Origin: Alphaproteobacteria bacterium
GTDB lineage: Bacteria; Pseudomonadota; Alphaproteobacteria; MPNO01
Length of the DNA: 64,000 bases
Assembly (NCBI GenBank): GCA_965248835.1
Contig: CBDFLJ010000002.1
Location: 1,536,001 to 1,600,000 of the forward strand
Direction of reading: 5' to 3'
Shown here: piece after piece, positions 39,046 through 48,907 of the stretch
Position numbering within the stretch: position 1 is the stretch's first letter
How the letters are laid out: each line of letters opens with the position of its first letter
The notes under the pieces: generated by a model
What the model was told of the DNA's origin: nothing
Seen by the model: only the letters and a program-made list of their open reading frames with translations
Database searches by the model: none
Translations under genes and position numbers: made by a program

Positions 39046-39858
39046 ATGAGCCCGGACAGAGGCGGACCTTCGAGCGAGAGCGAAGAGATCGTCGTCGAGC
39101 GCACGCCGCCGACGGCGAGGATCACGATTGAGCGTCCCGCAGAGCAGAACCGGCTGAACCGCGCCAATCTCGAGCGCCTGGACGAAATCGTCGAGGCGCT
39201 CACCGCCGACGGCGACGTCCATGCCGTCGTGCTCACCGGCGCCGGCGATGACTTCTTCTCGGCCGGGCTGCTCAATCCGGCGATACGGGCCAGCCTCACC
39301 AAGGACGAGGTGATCGACACGGTCCGCCTCGCCAACCGCGTCTTCGATGCGTTGGAGGCCCTGCCCCAGATCGTCATCGCCGCCATCAACGGCGCGGTCC
39401 AGGCCGGGGCAGTCGAGCTTGCGCTGGCCTGCGATATCCGCCTTGCCGGCGCCCATTCGACGCTGAGCCTGCCGGAGGCGAAATGGGGCGGGTTCCCGGG
39501 CGCCGGGGGGCCGGTCCGGTTGCCCGCCGCCATCGGCCACGGCCGCGCGTTGATGCTGATCGCCACCGGCCGGACGATCGAGGCGATCGAGATGGAACGC
39601 ATCGGGCTGGTCGAGGAAATCCATCCGCGCGGCGCAGTCCTCGGGGCCGCATCGGCGATGGCCGATGAGATCGGCCGGAACGGCCCGCTCGCCACCCGCG
39701 GGGCCAAGCGGATCATGCGGCTGAGGCGCGAGCCGGGCTTCGCCGCCGCCCGCTCGCTGTCGGATGCGCTGAGATACGCGCTCGAATGGAGCCAGGACGT
39801 CGATGAGGGCATCGCCGCCCACCGCGACGGCCGCGCGCCGCGGTTCATCGGCAGGTAG
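39046..39858 (+). CDS. Enoyl-CoA hydratase/isomerase family protein
   Basis: FFSAG, ELALACDIR, LPEA.WG.FPGAGG. Confidence 0.88.
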   Translation: MSPDRGGPSSESEEIVVERTPPTARITIERPAEQNRLNRANLERLDEIVEALTADGDVHAVVLTGAGDDFFSAGLLNPAIRASLTKDEVIDTVRLANRVFDALEALPQIVIAAINGAVQAGAVELALACDIRLAGAHSTLSLPEAKWGGFPGAGGPVRLPAAIGHGRALMLIATGRTIEAIEMERIGLVEEIHPRGAVLGAASAMADEIGRNGPLATRGAKRIMRLRREPGFAAARSLSDALRYALEWSQDVDEGIAAHRDGRAPRFIGR

Positions 39859-40029
39859 GCCGCACGGTTGAACAGCGCCGCGCGGCGGATCACTGCGCTC
39901 AATTCAACAGAATCTGGCTGAGGAACAGCTTGGTCCGGTCGCTCTCGGGCCCGGTGAAGCCAGAAAGCATAACGACCACGGCAACACTTACACAGATAAT
40001 CGGACACACCTCTCCGCCACGACCAGAGC

Positions 40030-40130
40030 GATGCGCCCTGGGTGCTTGACGGCGCGCTCGACGGCGCCGCCTTCCTCACCTATATCGAGCGGGTCCTTGT
40101 CCCGACACCACCGCCGACACCGTCGCCGTC
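40030..40130 (+). mobile_element. IS630-family transposase relic (fragment of DDE domain)
   Basis: Unannotated frame reads DAPWVLDGALDGAAFLTYIERVLVPT, matching the IS630 segment APWVLDG..NG..F..YVE.VLVPTL.PGD.V. Confidence 0.75.
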
Positions 40131-40172
40131 ACCATCGCAGCCATCGTCGTTTGCCGGCTATGAGGTTGGAGC

Positions 40173-41486
40173 CTAGTCGATAAGCCTTGGCAGCCATACC
40201 GCCATCGCCGGGAAGACTAACAGCAGAACCAGTACGAACAGCTCGATCAGAACGAACGGGGCGGCAGCCGCGTAGATCTGGGTAAGCGAAGTCTTGAACG
40301 GCGCCACCCCCTTCATCACGAACAACAACAGGCCGAAGGGCGGTGTGAGCAGCGAGATCTCCATTACGATCAGCATCAGCACCATCAGCCAGAGGATGTC
40401 GATGCCCTGGGCCATGGCCAGTGGCAGGAAGAACGGCAAGGTGAGAAGCAGCATCGAGACCTGGTCCATGAATGCGCCCAAGAGCAACAGCACAAGCATC
40501 ATCAGAACCACCGCAAACAAAGAGGTCAGCTCGTACGCGGTGATCTGGGCCAGCAGCCCGTCGACGGCGCCCGAAACGGCGAGGATCTGCGAGAACGTCA
40601 GAGAGCCGGCGATGATGATCAGGATCATGGTGTTGATCTTGGCGGTCTCGAGCAGCGCCTTCTTGAGACTCCGCCACGTCAGCGAGCGGTAACACATGCA
40701 GGTGATCACGGAAGCGACGCAACCCAGGGCGGCGGCTTCGGTCGGCGCGGCCAACTTGAAGAAGATGCTGCCGACGACGACGACGAAGATAGAGAACAGC
40801 GGCAGCACATATTTCAGGAACGGCAGCCAGCGTTCGCGCCCGGTCAACGCCTCGGTCTCGTATGACGGCGCCAGCGCCGGGTTCAGCGTGCAGCGTCCCA
40901 CGACATATGTGAAGAAAAGGAACGCCATCAGCAAGCCCGGCACGATGCCGGCGATCAGCAGCTTGGCGATCGAGAATTCTGCAAGGCTCGCCAGCAGCAC
41001 CGCCAGGGCGGAGGGCGGTATCAGCATCGCAATGCCGCCCACCGCCATGATGGGCCCCATCGCCATAGCCGGATGGTAACCGCGCTTGACCATGTCGGGC
41101 AGCAACACGCTGCCCAGGATTGCGGTGTTGGCGATGGTCGAGCCCGATAGCGAAGAGAAGATCGTGCCGCCGACGATGGAGACCACCGATAGGCGCCCAG
41201 GGATCCGAGAGATCAGTCGATCGATTGCATTGATTGCCTGGAAGGCGACTCCGGTGTGGAACAATAGCTCGCCCATCAGCAGGAACAGCGCGATCGGTGT
41301 CAGCGAGAATTTGGCGATGGCACGCTGGAACTCCATTGGCATCGAGGCCAGACCCGGATCGCCGCCGAGAAAGACCAGGGTGCCGATGATATTGGCAGCG
41401 AAAAACGCAATCACCACCGGCAGACCGAGGAACATTCCGCCACAGACGATCCCCAGCATCATCACCAGCGCGATCTGCCACTCCAC
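40173..41486 (-). CDS. dctM: TRAP transporter large permease
   Basis: SGSTIANTA, LIPPS, PTEAAA, LTPPFG. Confidence 0.93.
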   Translation of the reverse strand: MEWQIALVMMLGIVCGGMFLGLPVVIAFFAANIIGTLVFLGGDPGLASMPMEFQRAIAKFSLTPIALFLLMGELLFHTGVAFQAINAIDRLISRIPGRLSVVSIVGGTIFSSLSGSTIANTAILGSVLLPDMVKRGYHPAMAMGPIMAVGGIAMLIPPSALAVLLASLAEFSIAKLLIAGIVPGLLMAFLFFTYVVGRCTLNPALAPSYETEALTGRERWLPFLKYVLPLFSIFVVVVGSIFFKLAAPTEAAALGCVASVITCMCYRSLTWRSLKKALLETAKINTMILIIIAGSLTFSQILAVSGAVDGLLAQITAYELTSLFAVVLMMLVLLLLGAFMDQVSMLLLTLPFFLPLAMAQGIDILWLMVLMLIVMEISLLTPPFGLLLFVMKGVAPFKTSLTQIYAAAAPFVLIELFVLVLLLVFPAMAVWLPRLID

Positions 41487-41489
41487 GGC

Positions 41490-42011
41490 TTATAACCCGG
41501 TCTTGGCGACGGCGGCGTCCTCGGCTTCCAGCACCTCGTGCGCACGCCGCAGACGGAGCAGGAATTCGGCGCATAGCAGCACCGCCGAGACCGTGAAAAT
41601 CGCCATCAGCCACCAATCGAAGATGATCAATGTTTTGAACTGCCGCGAGTCGCCGGCAAACGACTCGATCGTTGCCCGCCAGCCGTAGTAGACCAGCGTC
41701 ATTGAGACCGCAGCACCGGCGGCATCGAGGAACTGCTCGAGCCGAACCGCTATCGGCCGCGGAAGCGCCGACACCACGATGTCGACCCGGATATGGCCGC
41801 CTTCGCGCAACAGCCACGGCGTGCCCAGGAAGACGCCGGCATAGAGCACGTATTCGATCACCTCGTAGAGCCACGGCATGTTGCCGAGCCCGGTTCTGCG
41901 CATCAGCAGATCCAGCGGTATGGCGATCGCGAACAGGCCGAGCGATAGTGCCACAAGCCAACCGATTGCCGCGTTCAGGCGCCCCAAGCGCCGATCGATT
42001 GCAGCGATCAA
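41490..42011 (-). CDS. dctQ: TRAP transporter small permease
   Basis: 4 TM, GGHIRVD. Confidence 0.9.
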   Translation of the reverse strand: MIAAIDRRLGRLNAAIGWLVALSLGLFAIAIPLDLLMRRTGLGNMPWLYEVIEYVLYAGVFLGTPWLLREGGHIRVDIVVSALPRPIAVRLEQFLDAAGAAVSMTLVYYGWRATIESFAGDSRQFKTLIIFDWWLMAIFTVSAVLLCAEFLLRLRRAHEVLEAEDAAVAKTGL

Positions 42012-42038
42012 GATCCGGTGTCCATCTCGGTTCCTGAT

Positions 42039-42065
42039 CCGGCCCGGCGCTTCTCGCCGGGCCGG
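42039..42065. terminator. Perfect 11-bp hairpin between dctP and dctQ (stabiliser/attenuator)
   Basis: ccggcccggcg-cttct-cgccgggccgg. Confidence 0.6.
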
Positions 42066-42083
42066 GCAGCAGGTTGCGGCAAT

Positions 42084-43055
42084 TTACTTGGCGAACAGCG
42101 CGCGCAGCTTCGGTCCATGTTCGGGACTGCGCTTGATAATGTTGGCCCAGCCCGCCTCGCGTGCCGCGGCGAGCCACTTGGTGCGATCAGCGCCGGTGAA
42201 CTCGATCGTCTGGATGCCGTTCTTGGCCTGGACGACGACCGCCTTTTCGACGTCCTTTGCGAACCCGGTCGCGGCTTTTTCGTGCTCGATCACCACCTTG
42301 GTCATCAGGTCCTGCTGGGAGCGGCCGAGAGTCTGCCATTTCTTCAGATTGACCATGATCTCCAGATCGGCGTTGTAAAAGCCGGGATCGACCCGATACT
42401 TGGTCACCTTGTGCCAATCCGGCAGGATGCCCGTGATCGGCCAGCCGAAACCATGCACGGTGCCGTTCTCCATGTAGGTATAGACTTGGGCGATGTTGGA
42501 GCGTTGGGTGGTCGCGCCAAGCGCCTGGAAAAAGGCGGTGTAGATTGGCGCCACGCGCAGATGCAGCCCCTTAAGGTCGGGTTTGCTGATCGGTTTGTTG
42601 AGATACAGGTGGAATGGCGTATAGCTCATGATCCGACCGATATAGTGCAGCCCCTTGGCCTCGTGCAGCCGGTTCATGTAGGCCACCGCACCATTGGCGC
42701 GAACCTCCTCGAGGCTGCGTTCGAGCATCTTGAACGCATCCACCTCGGGCAGGACGTTCTGATAGTAGGACCCTGTGCAGCTCGCGCTGTCGAAGACGCC
42801 CTTGGAGGTCTTCTGGACCAAGGTGAACGGGCTGCCGATGGCCGGCGCTCCGCCGCGGTAATTCAGTGTCAGATCGCCCTTGGACTGCTTGTTGATATCG
42901 GCAATCAGGTCTTCGAACGGCCGCGCGAAATAGGTGCCCTTGGGAAAGCAGTTCGCCGCACTCAGGGTGCTTCCCGACACCGCCGGCCCGGCTCCGGCCA
43001 CCATCGCAAGCGCGATCGCGCCCGACAGGGATCCGATGATTTTGCGCATGTGCAT
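42084..43055 (-). CDS. dctP: TRAP solute-binding protein
   Basis: Signal peptide, DLKGLHLRV with conserved Arg, VYTYMENGTV.G. Confidence 0.9.
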   Translation of the reverse strand: MHMRKIIGSLSGAIALAMVAGAGPAVSGSTLSAANCFPKGTYFARPFEDLIADINKQSKGDLTLNYRGGAPAIGSPFTLVQKTSKGVFDSASCTGSYYQNVLPEVDAFKMLERSLEEVRANGAVAYMNRLHEAKGLHYIGRIMSYTPFHLYLNKPISKPDLKGLHLRVAPIYTAFFQALGATTQRSNIAQVYTYMENGTVHGFGWPITGILPDWHKVTKYRVDPGFYNADLEIMVNLKKWQTLGRSQQDLMTKVVIEHEKAATGFAKDVEKAVVVQAKNGIQTIEFTGADRTKWLAAAREAGWANIIKRSPEHGPKLRALFAK

Positions 43056-43284
43056 TTTCGCCTCCTGTGCTGACCGAAATTCTCAGGCCGTTACTACGCA
43101 GCCGACCGAGCGTGACGTGAAATCGCGTCACAGGCAACATGCCCGCCGGAACGTTTTTGACGACCTGTCTCGGCCCCAGTCACTGACCCGGTCACTGGCG
43201 CGCTATTCGATCTGGGATCAAGACGGGATCCAGCGTTCTGTTTGGCCCGCGGTTCGGGTGTGAGAGACCCTCCCCAGGGCATCC

Positions 43285-43728
43285 TCATCCCCATATTCGA
43301 GAACAACACTCGGCGTGAACGAGATCGCTCCATAAATCGGCCATCGGCTCGCGCGGGCAATTCCGCGCGCGCATCGGGGGGCGCATCGGGGCAAGCGCCA
43401 GGTTCTCCAGCGCCGTCAGGTGGAGGAACAGGTTGAACTGCTGGAAGACCATGCCGACTTCGCGGCGGATGGCGGTGAAGTTCTCGGTGTGGTCGTTAAG
43501 CTCGATCCGGTCGATGACGATCCGCCCCTTTCGGTGCGCTTCGGGCCGATTGATACAGAGGATATTGATACAGCGGATCATGGTCGACTTGCCCGAGCCC
43601 GAGGGGCCGCACACCACGACCTCCTGTCCGGCGGCGACCGGGAGGTCGACGTCGCGCAGGGCCTGGAAATCGCCGAACTACTTCGAGACCGATACGATCT
43701 CGATCATCTGTCGCAGCGCCCCGGTCAT
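43285..43728 (-). pseudogene. Polar amino acid ABC ATPase relic (AapP/GlnQ-like)
   Basis: K*FGDFQAL (TAG at 43678-43680), GPSGSGKST, VGMVFQQFNLF; two internal duplications; C-terminal half missing. Confidence 0.85.
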
Positions 43729-44792
43729 TGCGCGGCCTTGGCCCGCTCGTGGTCGATCTGGAGCCGAGTGAGGAACGGGACCATCGGATGAACCCCGAGC
43801 GCGCGCATCCGCTCCATGTCGAGGCTGGCCAGCGCCGCGGTCTCATCGGCGGCCAGACCGGCCGCGGCGGCATAGGCCTGCGGGTCGGCGACGAATTTCG
43901 CCCGCTCCGCCGGGTCGTTCGACAGAAGGTGCAGGGTCCTGGTCAGGTCCACCCGGTCGGCGCGGACGGCCGGATAATGCGGCGCGTGCGCGGCCGCGCC
44001 TTGCGGCGTGAACCAGCCGAGCGAGCCGTAGATGTGATGCCAGCTCGGGTCGAGCTGGACGACGTCGGGTACCCGCTCGCCCAGCGCGCCCGCACCGATC
44101 GCCCAACAACGCAGCTCGACATTGCCGGTATCGTCCAGCCGTTTCTCATCGAGCGACAGCAGGGTCTTGAGCCGGCCGAGGCGAAGCGGCTCCAACAGCT
44201 CCTCGTCGAAGGCGAGGTCCGGGTTGGCGTAGCGCTCGGTGCCTGGAAAATGGGACATCCCGCCGCTTGCGATGACCACCGCGCGCAGGTCGATCGCGGC
44301 GAGCCCGCGGGCAAGCGCCTGGCCGAAGGCGTAGCAGCGCTCCATCGTCGGCTGGGGCGGGACGTAGGCGTTGGCGTAGATCGGGATGATCGGCGCATCG
44401 ACGCCGAGATGGGCAAGCGGGATGCCGAAGGCGTAATCGATCTCCGCAGACGACGTGAAGGCCGGATCGAACCCCTCGGACTGGAGGTGGCGGATCAGGG
44501 CGAGCGAGCGATCGCTGGCGACCGCATGGGAGAAGTCGCGCCCGGCGAACGAGCCCTGCACCCGTCCGCCCATATGCAGCGTGAAGGCCGGCGTGCAGTG
44601 CAGGAAGAACTGGTTGACGTGGTCGTTGGCAATGATGATCCAGACCTCGGGCTGGAGCGCCGCCAGGGCCTCGCCGATACGCGAAGCGGCCGCGCGCACC
44701 CGCTCGACCGTGGCGGCATCCTCGGTCTCGGGCATCGTGAAGAATTGCGGCGCATGCGGCAAAAAGGCGCCGCCCAGCACATGCGTGTTCAT
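43725..44792 (-). CDS. Type II extradiol dioxygenase, LigB domain fused to C-terminal LigA-like domain
   Basis: PHAP, NDH...FF, SGGMSHFPG, GNVELR; C-terminal F..DP..Y....GL...E.....GVHP. Confidence 0.85.
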   Translation of the reverse strand: MNTHVLGGAFLPHAPQFFTMPETEDAATVERVRAAASRIGEALAALQPEVWIIIANDHVNQFFLHCTPAFTLHMGGRVQGSFAGRDFSHAVASDRSLALIRHLQSEGFDPAFTSSAEIDYAFGIPLAHLGVDAPIIPIYANAYVPPQPTMERCYAFGQALARGLAAIDLRAVVIASGGMSHFPGTERYANPDLAFDEELLEPLRLGRLKTLLSLDEKRLDDTGNVELRCWAIGAGALGERVPDVVQLDPSWHHIYGSLGWFTPQGAAAHAPHYPAVRADRVDLTRTLHLLSNDPAERAKFVADPQAYAAAAGLAADETAALASLDMERMRALGVHPMVPFLTRLQIDHERAKAAQ

Positions 44793-44825
44793 CGCCGAGC
44801 CTCCCCGGATCCGCGTGGTGTGGCG

Positions 44826-45629
44826 CTATCTTAGAGCAGATTTGCGGCCCGCGGAAATCGTCGCGCCGAGTGCAAACAGGATCGCGGCCGCGACCACGAT
44901 CGCAGGGCCCGACGGCAGGTCGAGCCACGCCGATCCGGCGATGCCGCCGAGGACGGAAACACAGCCGATCAGGCTCGCCAGCACCGCCATCGCCTCGGGC
45001 GTTCGCGCGAAGGGACGCGCGGCGGCCGCGGGAATGACCAGCATCGAAGCGACCAGCAGCAGGCCAACCACCTTCATCGCGACGGCGATCACCAGCGCGA
45101 TCAGAACCAGAAATCCGAGCTCGACGCCGCGGACGTCCACACCTTCGACGCGGGCGGTATCCTCATCGACGGTGATCGCGATCAGCCGGCGCCACAGGAC
45201 GGCAAGGACCGCAAGCGCCGCCGCGCCGCCGCCATAGATCCAGGCGAGATCGGACGGCGCGATCGCCAGGATGTCGCCGAACAGATAGCCGATCAGATCG
45301 ACCCTGAACGCGGGCAACAGCGCGATCACCACGAGCCCCAGCGCCAATGCCGTGTGGGCGATGATGCCGAGCAACGTATCCTCGGCCAGCCCGGTGCGGC
45401 CGCGCAACACATACAGCAACAGGGCGCTCGCGATGCATACGCCGACCAGCCCGATCATCGGCTCGGTGCCGATCAGAAAGCTCAGCGCGATGCCGAGAAG
45501 CGCCGAATGGGCGACCGAGGCGCCGAAGAAGGCCATCCGCCGCCAGACGATCAGCGCCCCGAACGGCCCCATCGCGAACGCGACGCCGAGACCGGCGGCA
45601 AGCGCATAAAGCAGAAACCCGTCGATCAC
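44826..45629 (-). CDS. znuB: Zinc ABC permease
   Basis: WRRMAFFG..VAHSALLG, YLFGDIL, IPAAAAR. Confidence 0.92.
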   Translation of the reverse strand: MIDGFLLYALAAGLGVAFAMGPFGALIVWRRMAFFGASVAHSALLGIALSFLIGTEPMIGLVGVCIASALLLYVLRGRTGLAEDTLLGIIAHTALALGLVVIALLPAFRVDLIGYLFGDILAIAPSDLAWIYGGGAAALAVLAVLWRRLIAITVDEDTARVEGVDVRGVELGFLVLIALVIAVAMKVVGLLLVASMLVIPAAAARPFARTPEAMAVLASLIGCVSVLGGIAGSAWLDLPSGPAIVVAAAILFALGATISAGRKSALR

Positions 45630-46366
45630 CGTCGGTCGGCCTCGTCATGGGTGTGATCGTGCATGTGTGGATAGACGCCGAAGGCTTCCGCGCCGTGCTC
45701 GCCGAACAGGGCGCGGAACTCCGGGTGGCGTCCGACCGTCTCGGGATGCCCGCTGCAGCAGACATGGCCGTTAAGGCAGAACACACGGTCGGTCGCAGCC
45801 ATCACCAGGTGCAGGTCGTGGGAGACCAGCACCACCGCGCAGCCGCGCCGCTCGCGGATCCGCTGAATCAGGCGGTAGACCTCTTCCTGGCCCTGAAGGT
45901 CGAGATTGGTGCCGGGCTCATCGAGCACCAGGAGATCCGGATCGCGCAGCAGAGCACGGGCGAGCGCCGCGCGCCTGGCCTCGCCGCCCGAGATGTCCTG
46001 GATCGCATCCTCGAGTATCCGGGTGATGCCAGTCTCGGCCGCGACCTGTTCGATGCGCCCGTTGCCGCCGGGTGCAGCCATGGCGAGGAACCGCCGGACG
46101 CTCAACGGCAGCGTCCGGTCGATGCCGAACTGCTGGGGCATGTAGGCGAGCCGCGCGCCGGCGCGGCGGCGGACCGTGCCGCGCGTCGGCTCGATCAGCC
46201 CGAGCAGCGCCCGAAGCAGGGTCGTCTTGCCCGCCCCGTTGGGGCCGAGGACGGTCACGATCTCGCCGTCGGCGACAGCGATGTCGACGTCGTAGAGAAT
46301 CCGCCGGCCGGACCGGCGGACCTCGAGGCCGGTGGCTTCGACCAGATACGCCGCGGCATCCATCAT
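45626..46366 (-). CDS. znuC: Zinc ABC ATPase
   Basis: GPNGAGKTT, ISGGE, LDEP, SHDLH, HVCC.GHP, His-rich tail. Confidence 0.93.
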   Translation of the reverse strand: MMDAAAYLVEATGLEVRRSGRRILYDVDIAVADGEIVTVLGPNGAGKTTLLRALLGLIEPTRGTVRRRAGARLAYMPQQFGIDRTLPLSVRRFLAMAAPGGNGRIEQVAAETGITRILEDAIQDISGGEARRAALARALLRDPDLLVLDEPGTNLDLQGQEEVYRLIQRIRERRGCAVVLVSHDLHLVMAATDRVFCLNGHVCCSGHPETVGRHPEFRALFGEHGAEAFGVYPHMHDHTHDEADRR

Positions 46367-46863
46367 TGCTGCCCGGCTCCCGGATTGCAGGACGGGCACA
46401 GCCCCATCACCTCGATGGTCTGGCGGTCGGCGGCAAAACCCATGTCATCGGCGCGGCGGATCACCAGATCGGCGATCTCCGGATCGTCGAGCTCGCCGAC
46501 CGCGTTGCAGTTTCGGCAGATCAGGAACTGTGCCGAATGGGCCGGCCCGGGGTCGGGGCAGCCGACATAGGCATTCAGCGACTCGATCCGGTGGACCAGC
46601 CCGGTGCCCAGCAGGAACGCCAGCGCGCGATAGACCGTCGGCGGCGCGGCGGCGCGGCGGTCCTCGCGCAGCCGGTCGAGCAGGTCATAGGCGCGGACCG
46701 GTTGGTGGTGCTGCCATACCAGCTCGAGGACCCGCCGGCGCAGGGCGGTCAGCCGCAGCCCCTGGCGCGCGCACACGGCTTCGGCGGCGGCCATGGCATC
46801 GTCGATGCAAAGCGCATGGTTGTGACTGCCGGGTTTGAAGGTCGGCCTTGCCTGATCTTTCAT
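46363..46863 (-). CDS. zur: Fur-family zinc uptake regulator
   Basis: HNH..C, PPTVYRAL, HRIESLNAY..C, C..C pairs; adjacent to znu genes. Confidence 0.9.
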   Translation of the reverse strand: MKDQARPTFKPGSHNHALCIDDAMAAAEAVCARQGLRLTALRRRVLELVWQHHQPVRAYDLLDRLREDRRAAAPPTVYRALAFLLGTGLVHRIESLNAYVGCPDPGPAHSAQFLICRNCNAVGELDDPEIADLVIRRADDMGFAADRQTIEVMGLCPSCNPGAGQQ

Positions 46864-46886
46864 CGCGCCTGCCGTTGACGTGTTTT

Positions 46887-46904
46887 GTTATGTAATATAA
46901 TAAC
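46887..46904. promoter_or_regulatory. Zur box
   Basis: gttatgtaatataataac (GTTAT...ATAAC dyad) between divergent zur and znuA. Confidence 0.75.
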
Positions 46905-46935
46905 CCTTCCAGAGCCCAACCACAATACGGGTGTG

Positions 46936-47829
46936 ATGGCCCCTCTTGGGCGAGCCAGCGGACACGGGGCGTTCGTCACGGCGCTGTGCATGGCTGTCGT
47001 TCTCGGCGGCGGGCCGGCGCAGGCGTCCGATCCGCCTGTCGTCGTCGCCTCGATAAAGCCGGTGCATGATCTCGCCGCGGGCGTGATGGCGGGCATCGCG
47101 CGGCCGCACCTGCTGCTTCCGCCGGGGACCTCGCCGCACGCCCATTCCCTGCGGCCTTCGGCGGCGCGCATCCTGGCAAAGGCGGATCTGATCCTGTGGA
47201 TCGGACCGGGCCTCGAAAGCTTTCTCGCCAAACCCATCCGAACGCTCGGCCGCAAGGCGCTGAGCCTCGCCCTGGTAGAGGCCGAGGGCATGGCCTTGCT
47301 CCCCTCGCAGGAGCGCGGCGCGCGCGGCATCGATCCGCATCTGTGGCTCGATCCGCGCAACGCACGGCAGATCTCGCGCCTCGTCGCGGCCACGCTGGCC
47401 CGGCTCGATCCCGGGCGGGCCGGCCTTTATCACGCGAACCTGGCCACCGAGCTTGCGGTGATCGACAGGGCCGAGGCGGAGACGCGGATGATCCTCGCCC
47501 CGGTCAGGCACCTGCCCTATGTCGTCTTCCATGACGCCTTTGGGTATTTCGAGAAACGGTTCGGGACCGGGGCGATCGGCGCGGTAACGCTGTCGCCCGA
47601 ACGCAAGCCCGGCGCGCGGCGGGTCGCGGAGATTCGCGCGCGGATCAACGCCACCGGCGCGCGCTGCGTCTTCTCCGAACCCCAGTTCGAGCCGGCGTTG
47701 CTGCGTACCATCCTGCGCGGCAGCGCCGCGCGCGCCGCCGTGCTTGATCCGATGGGCGGCAGCGTGCGCAGTTATGGCGCAATGCTGCGCGCGATCGCGC
47801 GCGGGATTCGGGACTGCCTGGCCCCCTAG
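46936..47829 (+). CDS. znuA: Zinc ABC substrate-binding protein
   Basis: SIKPVH, SPH..SLRPS, DPHLWLDP, FHDAF.YFE. Confidence 0.9.
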   Translation: MAPLGRASGHGAFVTALCMAVVLGGGPAQASDPPVVVASIKPVHDLAAGVMAGIARPHLLLPPGTSPHAHSLRPSAARILAKADLILWIGPGLESFLAKPIRTLGRKALSLALVEAEGMALLPSQERGARGIDPHLWLDPRNARQISRLVAATLARLDPGRAGLYHANLATELAVIDRAEAETRMILAPVRHLPYVVFHDAFGYFEKRFGTGAIGAVTLSPERKPGARRVAEIRARINATGARCVFSEPQFEPALLRTILRGSAARAAVLDPMGGSVRSYGAMLRAIARGIRDCLAP

Positions 47830-47905
47830 CGAATACCCCGAACACGCTGGACGAGATGGTCCACAAGGCGGACAACTCGGCTGGACCATCCGAGCGGAGA
47901 TACCG

Positions 47906-48848
47906 ATGCACCAACATGCGCCGATCGACATTCATGCCCACTACTACCCGGAGGGGTATCTGCGGCTGATCGAAAAGCACGGCTCGCGCTTCGATGCGGG
48001 CTGCGATGCCGCCGCGCTTCACCGATGTCGATCTGCGCGTTGCGGAGATGGACGAGATCGGCGTGGAGGTCCACGCGCTGTCGCTGACCATGCCGATGGT
48101 CGATTTCGCCGACGGCCCGTTCGCGCGCGATCTGTCGGCGGCCTTCAACGACGGCTGCGCGGAGGCCCATGGAAAGTATCCCGACCGCCTGGTGGGGTTT
48201 GCGATGCTGCCTTGGCACGCCCCCGATCTGGCGGTCGAGGAGCTCGCACGCGCAGCCACCCTGCCCGGCATCAAGGGCGTCTACGCGCCGACCCACGTGC
48301 TGGAGCACGAGCTCGGCGATGATCTGTTCCATCCGATCTACGAGATGATGGAGGATCTGGGCCTGGCGCTGTTCCTCCATCCGATCCATGTCGTCGCGCC
48401 CGAGCGGCTCAGCCGCTATTACCTCAACAACCTGATCGGCAACCCGACGGAATCGGGGATAGCCGCAGCCCATTTCATCTTCTCAGGGACCCTCGACAGG
48501 TTCCGAAGGCTCGCCGTCTGCCTGCCCCATGCCGGCGGCATCTTTCCCTATGTTGTGGGCCGCTTCGAGCACGGCCACAACGTCCGGCCGGAAATGGCCC
48601 ATCGCGACAACGGGCCGCTCGAATATCTCCGCAGGTTCTACTACGACACGGTGAGCCATTCGCCGGCGGCGCTGTCCTACCTGATCGACCTGGTCGGCGC
48701 CGACCGGGTGATGCTGGGCAGCGACTACTGCTTCGATATGGGCTACGAGCGCCCGGTCGAAATCGTCACCGCCCACCCCGGGATCGACGACCAGGCGGCC
48801 GCGCGGATCCTCGGCGGCAACGCCCGCGCCCTGCTGGGCTTGGCGTAG
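47906..48848 (+). pseudogene. Amidohydrolase_2 (ACMSD-like), frameshifted near N-terminus
   Basis: IDIHAHYYP in one frame; PPRFTD...FLHP...PHAGG...YYDT...LGSDY in another; break near 48005. Confidence 0.82.
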
Positions 48849-48907
48849 GGACGAACATCCGCCTATCATGAGTCCCGATAAGACAGGGGCGGCTGAAGAG
48901 GTCGGGC

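Noticed and set aside
43112-43131. gtgacgtgaaatcgcgtcac dyad as CRP/FNR site
   Set aside because: Spacing and half-sites do not fit TGTGA-N6-TCACA or TTGAT-N4-ATCAA; single occurrence
43678-43680. In-frame TAG as possible pyrrolysine or readthrough site
   Set aside because: It replaces the usual Trp (TGG) in a gene with other lesions and truncation, so a simple nonsense mutation is more likely
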